A DNA stretch of 64,000 nt. Source: Bryobacterales bacterium. Lineage in GTDB: Bacteria; Acidobacteriota; Terriglobia; Bryobacterales; UBA6623. Below, one piece after another: positions 1-9,470 of this stretch. Location: assembly GCA_963422375.2 (NCBI GenBank), contig OY729428.2, forward strand, positions 2,496,001 through 2,560,000, in the 5' to 3' direction. A model generated the notes under the pieces. It saw only the letters and a program-made list of their open reading frames with translations, was not told the origin of the DNA and made no database searches. A program made the position numbers and the translations under genes. Each line of letters opens with the position of its first letter. The stretch's first letter is position 1.

Positions 1-894
1 GAATTCCATGCGCGGGTCGAACATCTGGTTGTTGACCACGGTCTCGATATGGAAGACGTTGAGCTTCTCGTTGACGATGCGCCCCATGCGGTTGCAGGAG
101 TCCGTCAGCGGCGACCGGGTGTGGTCGAAGTAGGAGTTCGAGGCGCGAATGGTCTGCGGGTTGTGGTGGGCCTGCAGCGACTCGTAGTCGCAGAGGCCGA
201 CACCGACGGACTTGTTGCCGCCGTCCATCGGGACCAGGTTGATGTTGACGTAGACGAGCAGGTCGGATTCGGCGGCCCGGCGGTTGATGCGCACCTTCTC
301 GCCCCGCTCGGTCTCGCCGAGGCACACGATGCCGTGGGGATCCTCCCCGTCGTGGCAATGGAGCCGGTGCGGGTAGTATGCGTCGAATATGCGGCGGCCC
401 ACCGACCACCTGATCTCGAACGGCTCCATCCGCCGGTGGAAGGAGTTCGCGATCACGATGTCGACCTCGCGGACGCCGGCCTCGTCCAGCATCGCCAAGA
501 GCTGCGTGAGCACCGACTGCCGGATGTCCGGCCGCTGCATCTTGGGTAGCGGCAGGGAGATGTCGTCGATCGCGATCGTCACCCGCATGCCGGGGCGCAG
601 CTGGGCCCGCAGGGGGTCGGCTCGCTCGGGGTTGTCGAGCGCGTACCGAATGGCCCCGTCCCGGTCGCGCAGGCCGGGTATGGCGGGCTTCGGATAGACC
701 ACCCTCGACCCGGCCGGAAGCTTGGCGCGAATCAGATCCTCGCCGTACCAGAGCAAGCGTTCGGGCGCGCCGGCGGCCAGTTCGCGCACGCAGCCCTCGT
801 GACCGACCAGCGCGGCGCGCCCGACAGCGTTCGGGCGCGGTTCGCCGAAGACTCCGTCCTCGGCAGTCTGCGGGGACAGCGCTTCTTCACTCAT
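1..894 (-). CDS. Lactate racemase (LarA/DUF2088) domain protein, C-terminus runs off the window
   Basis: Not in the ORF track. Manual translation from ATG 894 gives MSEEALSPQ...VYPKPAIPGL...ALDNP...LRPGMRVTIAIDDISLPLP...ANSFHRRM...HDGED...INRRAAESDLLVYVNIN..PMDGGNKS, typical of the LarA-like N-terminal domain. ATGA overlap with the upstream gene. Confidence 0.8.
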   Translation of the reverse strand, partial: MSEEALSPQTAEDGVFGEPRPNAVGRAALVGHEGCVRELAAGAPERLLWYGEDLIRAKLPAGSRVVYPKPAIPGLRDRDGAIRYALDNPERADPLRAQLRPGMRVTIAIDDISLPLPKMQRPDIRQSVLTQLLAMLDEAGVREVDIVIANSFHRRMEPFEIRWSVGRRIFDAYYPHRLHCHDGEDPHGIVCLGETERGEKVRINRRAAESDLLVYVNINLVPMDGGNKSVGVGLCDYESLQAHHNPQTIRASNSYFDHTRSPLTDSCNRMGRIVNEKLNVFHIETVVNNQMFDPRMEF

Positions 895-1643
895 GGCTGC
901 CCTGAGTCTACCCCTCGCATCCGCTGGGGCGCGACGCGCCCCAGCGGATGCGGCGAGCGCTTCAGATCGAGAAGATCCCACCCGCGGGCCAGCGCGACCC
1001 TCCTGAGACTGGCGTCGGGATTCGTCGCCACGGGCCGACCGACCGCCTGGAGCATGGGTATGTCCGAACCGCTGTCCGAATAGGCCCGCGCCTTCCCCAT
1101 GTCGAAGCCGCGGGCGGCGGCATAGTCCCGCAGCCGCGCGGCCTTCGCTTCCCCGGCCAGCAGCGGAGGGACGATTTCCCCCGTCGCGACACCGTCGCGA
1201 AACACCATTCCGTTCGCCAGCAGGTCGTCGAATCCGAAGTACTCCGCCGCGGGGGCCAGCACGAAATCGAGCCCCCCGCTGACGAGGACGGCGCGATACC
1301 CCTCGTCCCGGTCCAAGCGCACGCGCTCCTTCGCGAACCGGAACTGTTCCTTCTTCACGGCCGACTCGAACAGGTTCGCCGCCTCCGAACGCAGCCAGCC
1401 CTCTTCGAGACCGCGATACTGCCGGAAGAAGACCACATTGAACAGACGCCGGGAACAGGCGTCAAGGGCCAGCCAGAGCGGCACTCCGAGCAGCGCCTTG
1501 CCGTAGCGCCACGCCGCCCGGGCTCGGTTCGGGTGCCGTCGAGCGAACCACGCGTAGCGCGTGACCACGTTTCCGGAAACCAGCGTGCCGTCGAAGTCGT
1601 AGAACGCGACCCGGGGGGGGCTGGCCGGGCGTGACGGCGTCAC
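891..1643 (-). CDS. HAD-IB family hydrolase (phosphoserine phosphatase-like)
   Basis: Motif I AFYDFDGTL, motif II VLVSGG, GEAKA, motif IV AYSDSGSDIPML..VG.P.A.NPD. GTG at 1643 overlaps the upstream TAG. Confidence 0.85.
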   Translation of the reverse strand: MTPSRPASPPRVAFYDFDGTLVSGNVVTRYAWFARRHPNRARAAWRYGKALLGVPLWLALDACSRRLFNVVFFRQYRGLEEGWLRSEAANLFESAVKKEQFRFAKERVRLDRDEGYRAVLVSGGLDFVLAPAAEYFGFDDLLANGMVFRDGVATGEIVPPLLAGEAKAARLRDYAAARGFDMGKARAYSDSGSDIPMLQAVGRPVATNPDASLRRVALARGWDLLDLKRSPHPLGRVAPQRMRGVDSGQP

Positions 1644-1825
1644 TAGCCGTGGCCGAGACGCATCAGCCACCCGAGCACGAACACCGCCCCGAGGAAGTAC
1701 GCGAAGCAGTACAGGCCGTACGAGAGCCGGTCGCGGTTGTTCGAGCGCCCCACGATTCCCATGACGGTCGAGGCGAAGAAGGCGAACAGGATCGCCACTT
1801 CCATGTGCGAGGGGCTGTACATCAC
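1643..1825 (-). CDS. Small two-helix membrane protein
   Basis: 60 aa with two hydrophobic segments; start and stop overlap both neighbours. Confidence 0.65.
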   Translation of the reverse strand: MMYSPSHMEVAILFAFFASTVMGIVGRSNNRDRLSYGLYCFAYFLGAVFVLGWLMRLGHG

Positions 1826-2262
1826 GCCTCCGCCTTCTTCCCGGCGGCGATTTCGTACGCATCGACAACGGCGAGGAGGTTGAGGAGACCGGCGCAGACG
1901 ATGAACTTGGTTCCGTAATCATGCACCGCTCCGGGAAGCGCTCCCTGCTCGTAGCCGAGCCCCACCGTCAGCAGGTAGAGCGATCCCGTGCAGAGGTCGC
2001 CGATGTACCCGCCGTAGGTCATCACCGTGTTGAAGAGGTTGCCAGCGGACGGCTCGAACATGCGCCCCTGCATGAGGATACCCGCCAGGAACATTCCGGC
2101 GACCATCGCGAGGAGCACGATGCCATGCACCTGGCGCTTCAGGTAGAAATGGCCGGCGCCTGGGATCAGCCACGCGAGCAGCACCGGCGGAAGGCATGCC
2201 ACGAGCGGCACGGCCCTCTCCTCGGTAGGCTTGCTCTTCGGCGTCTCGCGTTTCGCTGCCAC
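1822..2262 (-). CDS. DUF6677-like membrane protein
   Basis: LAWLIPGAGHFYL...DYGTKF...AGLLNLLAVVDAY pattern; start uncertain. Confidence 0.7.
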   Translation of the reverse strand: MAAKRETPKSKPTEERAVPLVACLPPVLLAWLIPGAGHFYLKRQVHGIVLLAMVAGMFLAGILMQGRMFEPSAGNLFNTVMTYGGYIGDLCTGSLYLLTVGLGYEQGALPGAVHDYGTKFIVCAGLLNLLAVVDAYEIAAGKKAEA

Positions 2263-2750
2263 GAGGAAGGCGGGGGTCCGCGCTCGGCGAGGCCGGCACA
2301 CCGCGCGGGGGCCGCCCGATCTCAGACTAGAGTATCCCACATCCGCTGGACGCTCCAGGGACGTCCGGTGCAGCGTCCGACACTAGCTCCCGCTCTGTCG
2401 AATCCCCGACGAAGCCGCGACCGCCGAGCGAAGGGCGCGCACCAGCCCAACGTTGCGGGGACAAGCGCGCCCGCGCATTCCCTCATGTGCGACCGGCATC
2501 TCGCACGATCCATCGAAGCGCCGTCATCCCGGGCAACCGCGTCTAAGCGCCTGCCTCGGGGCGGTGCGCCAGGTCTCCCTGACCAACCTGATGGAGGCGA
2601 CCTATATGCCGGTCCAGAGCTATCCAGGCTCGGCGGGTTGCACGCAGGGCCAACATTGCTCTGGCCGGGCCTTCCCGCCCTCGTCGGGCGGCAGCCAGGC
2701 GGCTTTGCGAGGCGTGCCGCAATGGGCTCGAACCGGGCAGGCCGCCTCCG

Positions 2751-3824
2751 TCAGCGGGACAGGGAATGCGTTGCGTACGCAGCCCAGGTCTGCTCGGCGC
2801 ATCGTCGCCAAGTGAACTCCTTCGCTCGCGCGAAACCCTTGGCGCGGAGTTCGGCACGGAGCGTTCCGCTCGCGAGAACGCGCTCCAAGGCGCCCGCGAT
2901 CTCGTCAGCGCTGAGCGGATCGACGAGCACTGCCGCGTCCCCGGCGACCTCTGGGATCGCGGACACGTTCGATGCCACGACGGGCAGGCCGGCGGAGAAG
3001 GCCTCGATGACCGGCAGTCCGAACCCCTCCTCGAGTGACGGAAACAGCAGCGCCTCCGCGGAGCCGTACAGGCTGGCCCGAGCCTCGTTCCCGACGTGCC
3101 CGACCGTGCGGATCCGGTCGCGGGCAGTGCTCCGGTCGATCCGCGCGAGAATCCTGTCCGCGCCGTACCCGGGCGCACCCGCGAGCACCAACCCCGTCGA
3201 GCCTCCGGCTGCCTCGAAGGCCGCCACGATGCGTTCGACGTTCTTGCGAACCTGCAACGCCCCGATATGCAGCAGGAAGGGTCGCGAGACTCCCAAGCCG
3301 CGCAGAACCGCCTCGCGCCTCGCCGCGGGCGGGACGTTCTGGAGCTCGACCCCGTGGTGGACGACCGTGATGAGCGACCTAGGGAAGCGCAGGATTTCCT
3401 CGACGCGGCCCGCGGTGTACGAGGAGACGGCGATGATTCGGTCGGCCCGGCCAGCCGTCTCCCGGGCCAGCCCCGCAAACCGGTCGCGATATTCGGCGGC
3501 GGAGTATTCCCCGGTCAGGGCGAACAGGTCGTGGAACGTCGCCACGGTCGGGCACCGAAGGCCCTCGGGGAGGCGCTGGTTCAGACCGTGAAACAACCGC
3601 AGGCCGCCTGTCGCGCGACTCCGCCAAGGGCCTTCCAGAAGCATGCGACCGGCGTTCGCCGGGAGCGGATCCCGGAACGAGCGGAAGTACCGGTTGCTCC
3701 GGTAGAACCAGCGGAAGCGGCAGGACGGTTGCAGCCGGGCAAGCTCCCAGATCAGGTTGCGGGCATAGACCGCCACCCCGGTCGGCGGTCGGTCCAGGCT
3801 GTGCCCGGCTTCAATTCCGATCAT
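2751..3824 (-). CDS. Glycosyltransferase family 4
   Basis: TGVAVY, TFHDL, RKNVERIV, FPSLEEGFGLPVIEA motifs. Confidence 0.92.
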   Translation of the reverse strand: MIGIEAGHSLDRPPTGVAVYARNLIWELARLQPSCRFRWFYRSNRYFRSFRDPLPANAGRMLLEGPWRSRATGGLRLFHGLNQRLPEGLRCPTVATFHDLFALTGEYSAAEYRDRFAGLARETAGRADRIIAVSSYTAGRVEEILRFPRSLITVVHHGVELQNVPPAARREAVLRGLGVSRPFLLHIGALQVRKNVERIVAAFEAAGGSTGLVLAGAPGYGADRILARIDRSTARDRIRTVGHVGNEARASLYGSAEALLFPSLEEGFGLPVIEAFSAGLPVVASNVSAIPEVAGDAAVLVDPLSADEIAGALERVLASGTLRAELRAKGFARAKEFTWRRCAEQTWAAYATHSLSR

Positions 3825-5226
3825 GGCGGGCGCAACGGCCGGGCGATCCCGCGCCCCGCCCTCGCTCGAGATCCGACAGCGCGCGCTCGATCCTGTCGAG
3901 CACGGACGGAGCGTCGCCGGGACCGCTCGCCGGAATCACCTCGACCGGGCCGGACCCCGACGGCGTCCACCGGCGGCGGAACCGCGCGGACGGCGCGCCG
4001 GCAAACACCACGATCGTCGGCACGCCCAGCGCTGCCGCGACATGGGCTGCGGCGGAATCGTATCCGACGAACACCCGCGACTCTCGGATCCACGCGCCGA
4101 ACCCGCCGAGACTCCCCCTCCAAGTGACAAGGTCCGCCCGCACCGATCTGCCGTCATCACCCTCGTCGAGATGCGCCCGTGATCCGCGGAAGGCCTCCGC
4201 CCGTTCCCGAACGAGGCGGAGCTCGGTCTCGCCTCCTCCGCAGTCGAGCACGATGGAATAGCGGCGCGACCTGAGCAGGGTGAGCAACCGGTCCTCGAAC
4301 GCCCCGCCCAGTCGCTTGGTCTCGCGCCCCCCGACCCCGAAACTCGCGGTCGCCACGCCGCTCGACGCGCTCGCTGCCAGCCGGTGGCGCCGTCGCGCAT
4401 CGGGCGGCAGGCTCCCGATGCCCGGCCCGGTCGCGCCGGCGTCGGTCCCCCACATGTCGGAGCACCACGCAGCCGCCAGGCGGCCCAGCGGTTCGGAAGC
4501 CGGGTGCGGATGGCCGCGGCTCTCCCAGAACCGGTAGCGGCGGTCGTCGGCGACGGGCAGCAGCCCGAGCTGCGTCAGACGGCTGTCCGGATCCACCACG
4601 AGCCATTCTCCTAGAGCCAGGCCGCCGGTGCCCCGCTGCACACTCTCCCTGACCGCGAACCATGCCCTCAGCCTGTCGGCGAGCAGAGCGCTGCGACCGT
4701 ACGCCGTCACCCGCCCCTGCACCCGCTCGTCAACGGCAAGCAGGGCCGCGTTCTTGGCAGGACCGATGAAGTCGATCCGGGCTCGCGGGAAGGCCCGGAG
4801 GGCCGCGCGGAGGACGGTGCTGGTGACGGCGACGTCGGCACCCAGCGTGACACGAGACAGCACCGCGACGGCCCGGACGGCACCGGGGTTCGGCTCCCGG
4901 CCCCGGCCGGCGCTCCGGTTGCCTTCGAATCGCCGTCGCAAGTCCGCGGGGCACGCGAGCCCCAAGCCGGCGAGGGCCGCCGCGACAGGCGAACCCGGTG
5001 CAAGAAGCACCTCGGCCATGAAAGCCACGTAGGACTCGGTCAGCGACGGCTCGAACCCGTCCGACCAAGGCTCGACGATTTCGGCGAAGATGGCCTTGGT
5101 GGCGGCAGCCGCGAGCTCCCGGTCGTCCGAGAAAGCCGCTGCGCCGAGCGCGCGCGAGGCGTGCGCGAATGCCCGCGCTCCCGGTCGCGAGGTCAGCACC
5201 CGGCCCGCGAGGTCGGCTAGCTGCAT
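3811..5226 (-). CDS. Glycosyltransferase family 9 (heptosyltransferase-like)
   Basis: LSRVTLGADV and FVGYDSAAAHVAAALGVPTIVVF motifs. Confidence 0.75.
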   Translation of the reverse strand: MQLADLAGRVLTSRPGARAFAHASRALGAAAFSDDRELAAAATKAIFAEIVEPWSDGFEPSLTESYVAFMAEVLLAPGSPVAAALAGLGLACPADLRRRFEGNRSAGRGREPNPGAVRAVAVLSRVTLGADVAVTSTVLRAALRAFPRARIDFIGPAKNAALLAVDERVQGRVTAYGRSALLADRLRAWFAVRESVQRGTGGLALGEWLVVDPDSRLTQLGLLPVADDRRYRFWESRGHPHPASEPLGRLAAAWCSDMWGTDAGATGPGIGSLPPDARRRHRLAASASSGVATASFGVGGRETKRLGGAFEDRLLTLLRSRRYSIVLDCGGGETELRLVRERAEAFRGSRAHLDEGDDGRSVRADLVTWRGSLGGFGAWIRESRVFVGYDSAAAHVAAALGVPTIVVFAGAPSARFRRRWTPSGSGPVEVIPASGPGDAPSVLDRIERALSDLERGRGAGSPGRCARHDRN

Positions 5227-5322
5227 CCCCTTCCAGAATGGCGAACGGCGGGCCCGAGGGCAACCGTCCGGCCGACCACAATAATCTATAATCGGAGACC
5301 GGCCGCGAGGCCCCCTGCATCA

Positions 5323-6354
5323 ATGAAGGTTTCGCGAATCCACGAGTGCGGCGGACCGGATGTCATTCGCTACGAAGACGCGCCGGTTCCCAAGCCGAAG
5401 GCCAACGAAGTGCTGGTTCGGGTTCGCGCCTGCTCCCTGAACCACTTGGACCTCTGGGTGCGAAGCGGCCTCCCTTCGCTCAGGCTGAGTTTCCCCTGGG
5501 TGCTCGGCAGCGACGCGGCAGGCGAGATTGTCGACGCAGGCGAGCTCTGCGACCGCGCCCATGTCGGAACGCGGATCCTCGTGGCGCCCGGACGGACCCT
5601 CTCCGCCGGCTACGCGACGGCCCAAGGCCGCGACAACGCCGCGCCCGACTACGGGCTCTTCGGAGCCGTGTATCCGGGCCTGAACGCCGAGTATGTCGCG
5701 ATTCCGGAAGCCAACGCCCTGCCCGTTCCCGGGAATCTGACGTTCGAGGAGGCCGCCTCCGTGCCCCTTGTGTTCCTCACCGCGTGGCACATGCTCGTCG
5801 GGATCGCCAGAATCCGGATGCTCGAGGACGTGCTGGTCATCGGCGGCTCGAGCGGCGTGGGCATCGCCGCCATCCAGATCGCGAAGCTCCACCACTGCCG
5901 GGTGATCGCCACGGCAGGCGGCGAGACCAAGATGGCCAAGGCCCGTGAGCTAGGCGCGGATCACGTGATCGACCACTACAAGCAGTCGGTGAAGGACGAG
6001 GTCAGGCGCATCACCGACCGGCGCGGCGTCGACTTGGTCTTCGAGCACGTCGGGGCCGCCACCTTCGGCGATTCCGCTGCGTCCCTCGCCCGCCACGGGC
6101 GGCTCGTCACCTGCGGAGCGACCACCGGCTTCGCGACGCCCCTGAACCTCGGCCACCTCTTCGCCAAGCACCTGAGCATCCACGGCTCCTACATGGGGAC
6201 GATGGGCGAGCTCTACGACCTGCTGCGGTTCTTCGACCGCGGCCTGCTCAAGGCGGTGCTGGACCAGAGTTTCCCGCTCGGCGACGTGCGCGGGGCCCAC
6301 GAGAGGATGGCAGCCAAGCAGCACTTCGGGAAGATCGTGATCGTCCCCGAGTAG
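5323..6354 (+). CDS. MDR-family zinc-binding dehydrogenase / quinone oxidoreductase
   Basis: SLNHLDLW, LGSDAAG, GGSSGVG, GKIVI. Confidence 0.9.
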   Translation: MKVSRIHECGGPDVIRYEDAPVPKPKANEVLVRVRACSLNHLDLWVRSGLPSLRLSFPWVLGSDAAGEIVDAGELCDRAHVGTRILVAPGRTLSAGYATAQGRDNAAPDYGLFGAVYPGLNAEYVAIPEANALPVPGNLTFEEAASVPLVFLTAWHMLVGIARIRMLEDVLVIGGSSGVGIAAIQIAKLHHCRVIATAGGETKMAKARELGADHVIDHYKQSVKDEVRRITDRRGVDLVFEHVGAATFGDSAASLARHGRLVTCGATTGFATPLNLGHLFAKHLSIHGSYMGTMGELYDLLRFFDRGLLKAVLDQSFPLGDVRGAHERMAAKQHFGKIVIVPE

Positions 6355-6429
6355 CGGCCCGGCCGGGGGATATACTGGCAGAGGCGCACCGGTCGAGACA
6401 GGCCCGCCTCGCAAGCGCCCCGTCTCCCC

Positions 6430-7869
6430 ATGAACCGCGTGCGATTCGCGCCTTCCCCGACGGGGTTCCTGCATATCGGCGGCGCGCGCACCTACCTGTT
6501 CAACTGGCTGTTCGCCCGCTCGACCGGAGGGCGCGTGATCCTGCGCATCGACGACACCGACACGGGACGCAACACCGAGGAGTCGCTGCGCTCGATTCTG
6601 GACGGCCTCCGCTGGCTGGATCTCCCGTGGGACGAGCAGCACTTCCAGTCGCGGCGCCGCGCGGCGCACGTCCGAGCGGCCGGGGCGCTCGTGGCGAAGG
6701 GCGCGGCTTACCGGGACTTCACGCCGGAGACCGAGAGCCCGGCCGACCGCTCCGACGGCGAGCCGTGGCTCTGCAACCCGGGCATGCGGGAGCTCGGTTC
6801 CGGTGAGAGCGACCGTCGCGCGGCGGCCGGCGAGCCGTTCGTGGTCCGGTTCCGCGTGCCGCGCGACAGCCCCAAGGGCGTGGCCTTCAGGGACCTCGTC
6901 TTCCGCAAGCAGTTTCGCAAGTTCGCCGACATCGAGGACTTCGCGCTGCTGCGCAGCAACGGGCTGCCTACCTACCACCTGGCCTCCTCCGTCGACGACG
7001 GCGAACTCGGCATCACGCACGTGATCCGCGGCCAGGACCACCTGACGAACACTTTCAAGCACATCCTGCTCCTCGAAGCCCTCGGATTCGAGCGCCCCGC
7101 GTTCGGGCATCTGCCGCTGCTGCTCGGGCCGGACGGGTCGAAGCTCTCCAAGCGCCGCCACGGGCCTCTCGCCAGCGTGACGAGCTACCGCGACATGGGC
7201 TTCCTCCCGGTCGGTTTCGTGAACTACCTGAGCCTGCTCGGGTGGTCGCCGAAAGACAACCGCGAGTCCCTCGCCGTCAGCGAGCTCGTCGACGCCTTCC
7301 GCCTCGAGCAGGTGCTGCGCACCAACGCGCTCGTGCAGGTCGGCGAGCGCCCGGGCGACGCCCCTGTGGATCCCAAGGCGGTCTGGCTTAACGGGCAGCA
7401 CCTGCGCAACATGCCTGTCGACGACCTGCTGCCGTTCGCCGAGGGAGCGGTCCGCGACGCCGGCTGGTGGCTGGAAGAGTACGGCAGCAGCCACCGGGCA
7501 TGGTTCCGCGAGGCCATCGACGCCCTGCGCTCGCGGCTCAGCCTACTCACTGACTTCGCTCTCCGCTGCCGGGCCTACTTCCGGGACGACTTCGGCATGG
7601 AGGCGAAGGCGCTGGGGAACCTGGACAGGGACGGCGTCCGCCCCGCCCTTCGGGCGCTGGCCGACCGCATCGCGGGCGCGTCCGCCTTCTCGGACGCCTC
7701 GGTCGAAGACGCCGTGCGGTCGCTGGCCGCCGAGCGCGGAATGAAGGCGAGCCTGCTGATCAACGGCGCCCGCGCGGCCCTCACGGGCCAGAGCGTCGGC
7801 CCCAGCGCCTTCCGCGTTTTCACCCTCGTCGGCAAGGCGCGAGCCGTGCAACGGCTGCGGGCGGTCTAG
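6430..7869 (+). CDS. gltX: Glutamate--tRNA ligase
   Basis: RFAPSPTGFLHIGG (HIGH), ITHVIRGQDH, KLSKR (KMSKS) and a C-terminal anticodon-binding domain. Confidence 0.95.
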   Translation: MNRVRFAPSPTGFLHIGGARTYLFNWLFARSTGGRVILRIDDTDTGRNTEESLRSILDGLRWLDLPWDEQHFQSRRRAAHVRAAGALVAKGAAYRDFTPETESPADRSDGEPWLCNPGMRELGSGESDRRAAAGEPFVVRFRVPRDSPKGVAFRDLVFRKQFRKFADIEDFALLRSNGLPTYHLASSVDDGELGITHVIRGQDHLTNTFKHILLLEALGFERPAFGHLPLLLGPDGSKLSKRRHGPLASVTSYRDMGFLPVGFVNYLSLLGWSPKDNRESLAVSELVDAFRLEQVLRTNALVQVGERPGDAPVDPKAVWLNGQHLRNMPVDDLLPFAEGAVRDAGWWLEEYGSSHRAWFREAIDALRSRLSLLTDFALRCRAYFRDDFGMEAKALGNLDRDGVRPALRALADRIAGASAFSDASVEDAVRSLAAERGMKASLLINGARAALTGQSVGPSAFRVFTLVGKARAVQRLRAV

Positions 7870-7892
7870 GGGAACGAGAACCGACCCGGAAC

Positions 7893-9470
7893 ATGCTGCT
7901 GCTCGGAATCGGAGGCTGGCTCCACGACGGGGCCGCGGCCGTGATGCGCGACGGAAGCGTCGTGGCCGCGATCGAGGAGGAGAAGGTGGCGCGCGAGGCG
8001 CACCGGAGCGGCCTGCCGGCCTGCGCGGTCAAGGCCTGCCTCGAGGTGGCCGGCGCCGAGGCATCCGAAGTCGAATGCGTGGCGCTGGTGCGCCCCCTAG
8101 GCGACGCCACGGGCAACAGCTTCCACATTCACCTCAAGACACTGTTTCCGAACGCTCGCGTGGTCGTGACCGATCACCACGACGCCCACGCGGCCAGCGC
8201 CTATTTCGCCTCGCCCTTCGAGCGGGCGCGCGTGCTGACCCTCGACCGCCACGGGGACATGCGCTGCGGAGCGATTTGGCGCGGCGAGGGCGCCACGCTG
8301 GAGTCCGTCGAGGAGCTGTACGCCCCGGACTCCCCGGCGGTCGTCTACAGCCGGGTCACCGAACTGCTGGGGTTCCGCGCGGGCCGCGAGGAGCACAAGG
8401 TCCAGTGGCTCTCCCTGGCGGGCGAGCCGCGCTTCAAGAGCCTGTTCGGAGAGATGATGGGCTCGGGCCGCGCGAGGCTGCCCAGCCTGGATCACAGCTA
8501 CTTCGACCCGTCCCGCCCGACGCACGGCGCGTTCAGCGACAAGTTCTTCCGCGCGGTCGGTCTAGAGCCGTCGGAGCCGGTCTCGGCGGGGATGCGCCGC
8601 GACCTAGCCGCCAGCGTCCATGCGGCCGTTGCCGACACGGTGCTGGGCCTGGCCGACCGGGCCGACCATCTCTGCCTCGCGGGCGGAATCGCGATGAACG
8701 CGCTGCTCGTGCAGGCGCTCGAGGAGAGCGGTCGCTTCGGCGAGGTGTTCGTCCAGCCCGCCTCCGGCAACGCCGGGACCGCGGTCGGGAGCCTCTTCCA
8801 CGCCTGGCACAAGGTCCTCAAGCGCGCGGAGCGCAGGCCGATGCGCGACATGTTCCTCGGGCCGGAGTACCGCAGCGAGGAAATCAAGCAGATCCTCGAC
8901 AACTGCAAGCTGTCGTCCCGCTACCTGATGACGGATTCCGAACTCGTCGCGTCGGCCGTGGAGCGACTGTCGGAGGAACAGATCATCGCCTGGTTCCAAG
9001 GGCGCACGGAGTTCGGGCCGCGGGCGCTGGGCAACCGCAGCATCCTCGCGTCGCCGCTGAATCCGTACTCGACAGAGAACCTGAACGTCTACATCAAGCG
9101 CCGGGAGAAGTTTCGCAAGTTCGCGGCCTCGGTGCCGGAGGAGGCGGCGGGCGAGTACTTCGCGACAGGCCCGGCCTCGCGCCACCTCGCGACAGTATCC
9201 CGCGTGAAGCCGGAGCACCGCGCCACCTTCGAGTCGGCGCTGCTCGACGGCGAGCGCATCCGCGTGCATGTGGTGCGGAGGGGCGACAACCGCCTGTACT
9301 GGGAGCTGCTGCAGGAAGCGGGCCGGGCGACCGGACTGCCGGTGCTCTACAACACCTCGTTCAACCTGTTCGGCGAGCCGCTCGTCAGCGACCCCCGCTC
9401 GGCGGTACGGAGCTTCTTCGCCTCCGGCATCGACGCCCTCTTCGTGGGCAAGTTCATGCTCGAGAAGTAG
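7893..9470 (+). CDS. Carbamoyltransferase (NodU/CmcH family)
   Basis: HDGAAA, HHDAHAASAY, LAGGIAMN, EFGPRALGNRSILA, NTSFNLFGEPLV. Confidence 0.92.
   Translation: MLLLGIGGWLHDGAAAVMRDGSVVAAIEEEKVAREAHRSGLPACAVKACLEVAGAEASEVECVALVRPLGDATGNSFHIHLKTLFPNARVVVTDHHDAHAASAYFASPFERARVLTLDRHGDMRCGAIWRGEGATLESVEELYAPDSPAVVYSRVTELLGFRAGREEHKVQWLSLAGEPRFKSLFGEMMGSGRARLPSLDHSYFDPSRPTHGAFSDKFFRAVGLEPSEPVSAGMRRDLAASVHAAVADTVLGLADRADHLCLAGGIAMNALLVQALEESGRFGEVFVQPASGNAGTAVGSLFHAWHKVLKRAERRPMRDMFLGPEYRSEEIKQILDNCKLSSRYLMTDSELVASAVERLSEEQIIAWFQGRTEFGPRALGNRSILASPLNPYSTENLNVYIKRREKFRKFAASVPEEAAGEYFATGPASRHLATVSRVKPEHRATFESALLDGERIRVHVVRRGDNRLYWELLQEAGRATGLPVLYNTSFNLFGEPLVSDPRSAVRSFFASGIDALFVGKFMLEK

Noticed and set aside
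1921..3591. Long alternative-frame ORFs (e.g. 1921-3591, 5950-7494, 8075-9976, 41102-42706, 45605-47125)
   Set aside because: Arg/Pro/Ala-rich shadow frames of well-supported genes, expected at this GC content.
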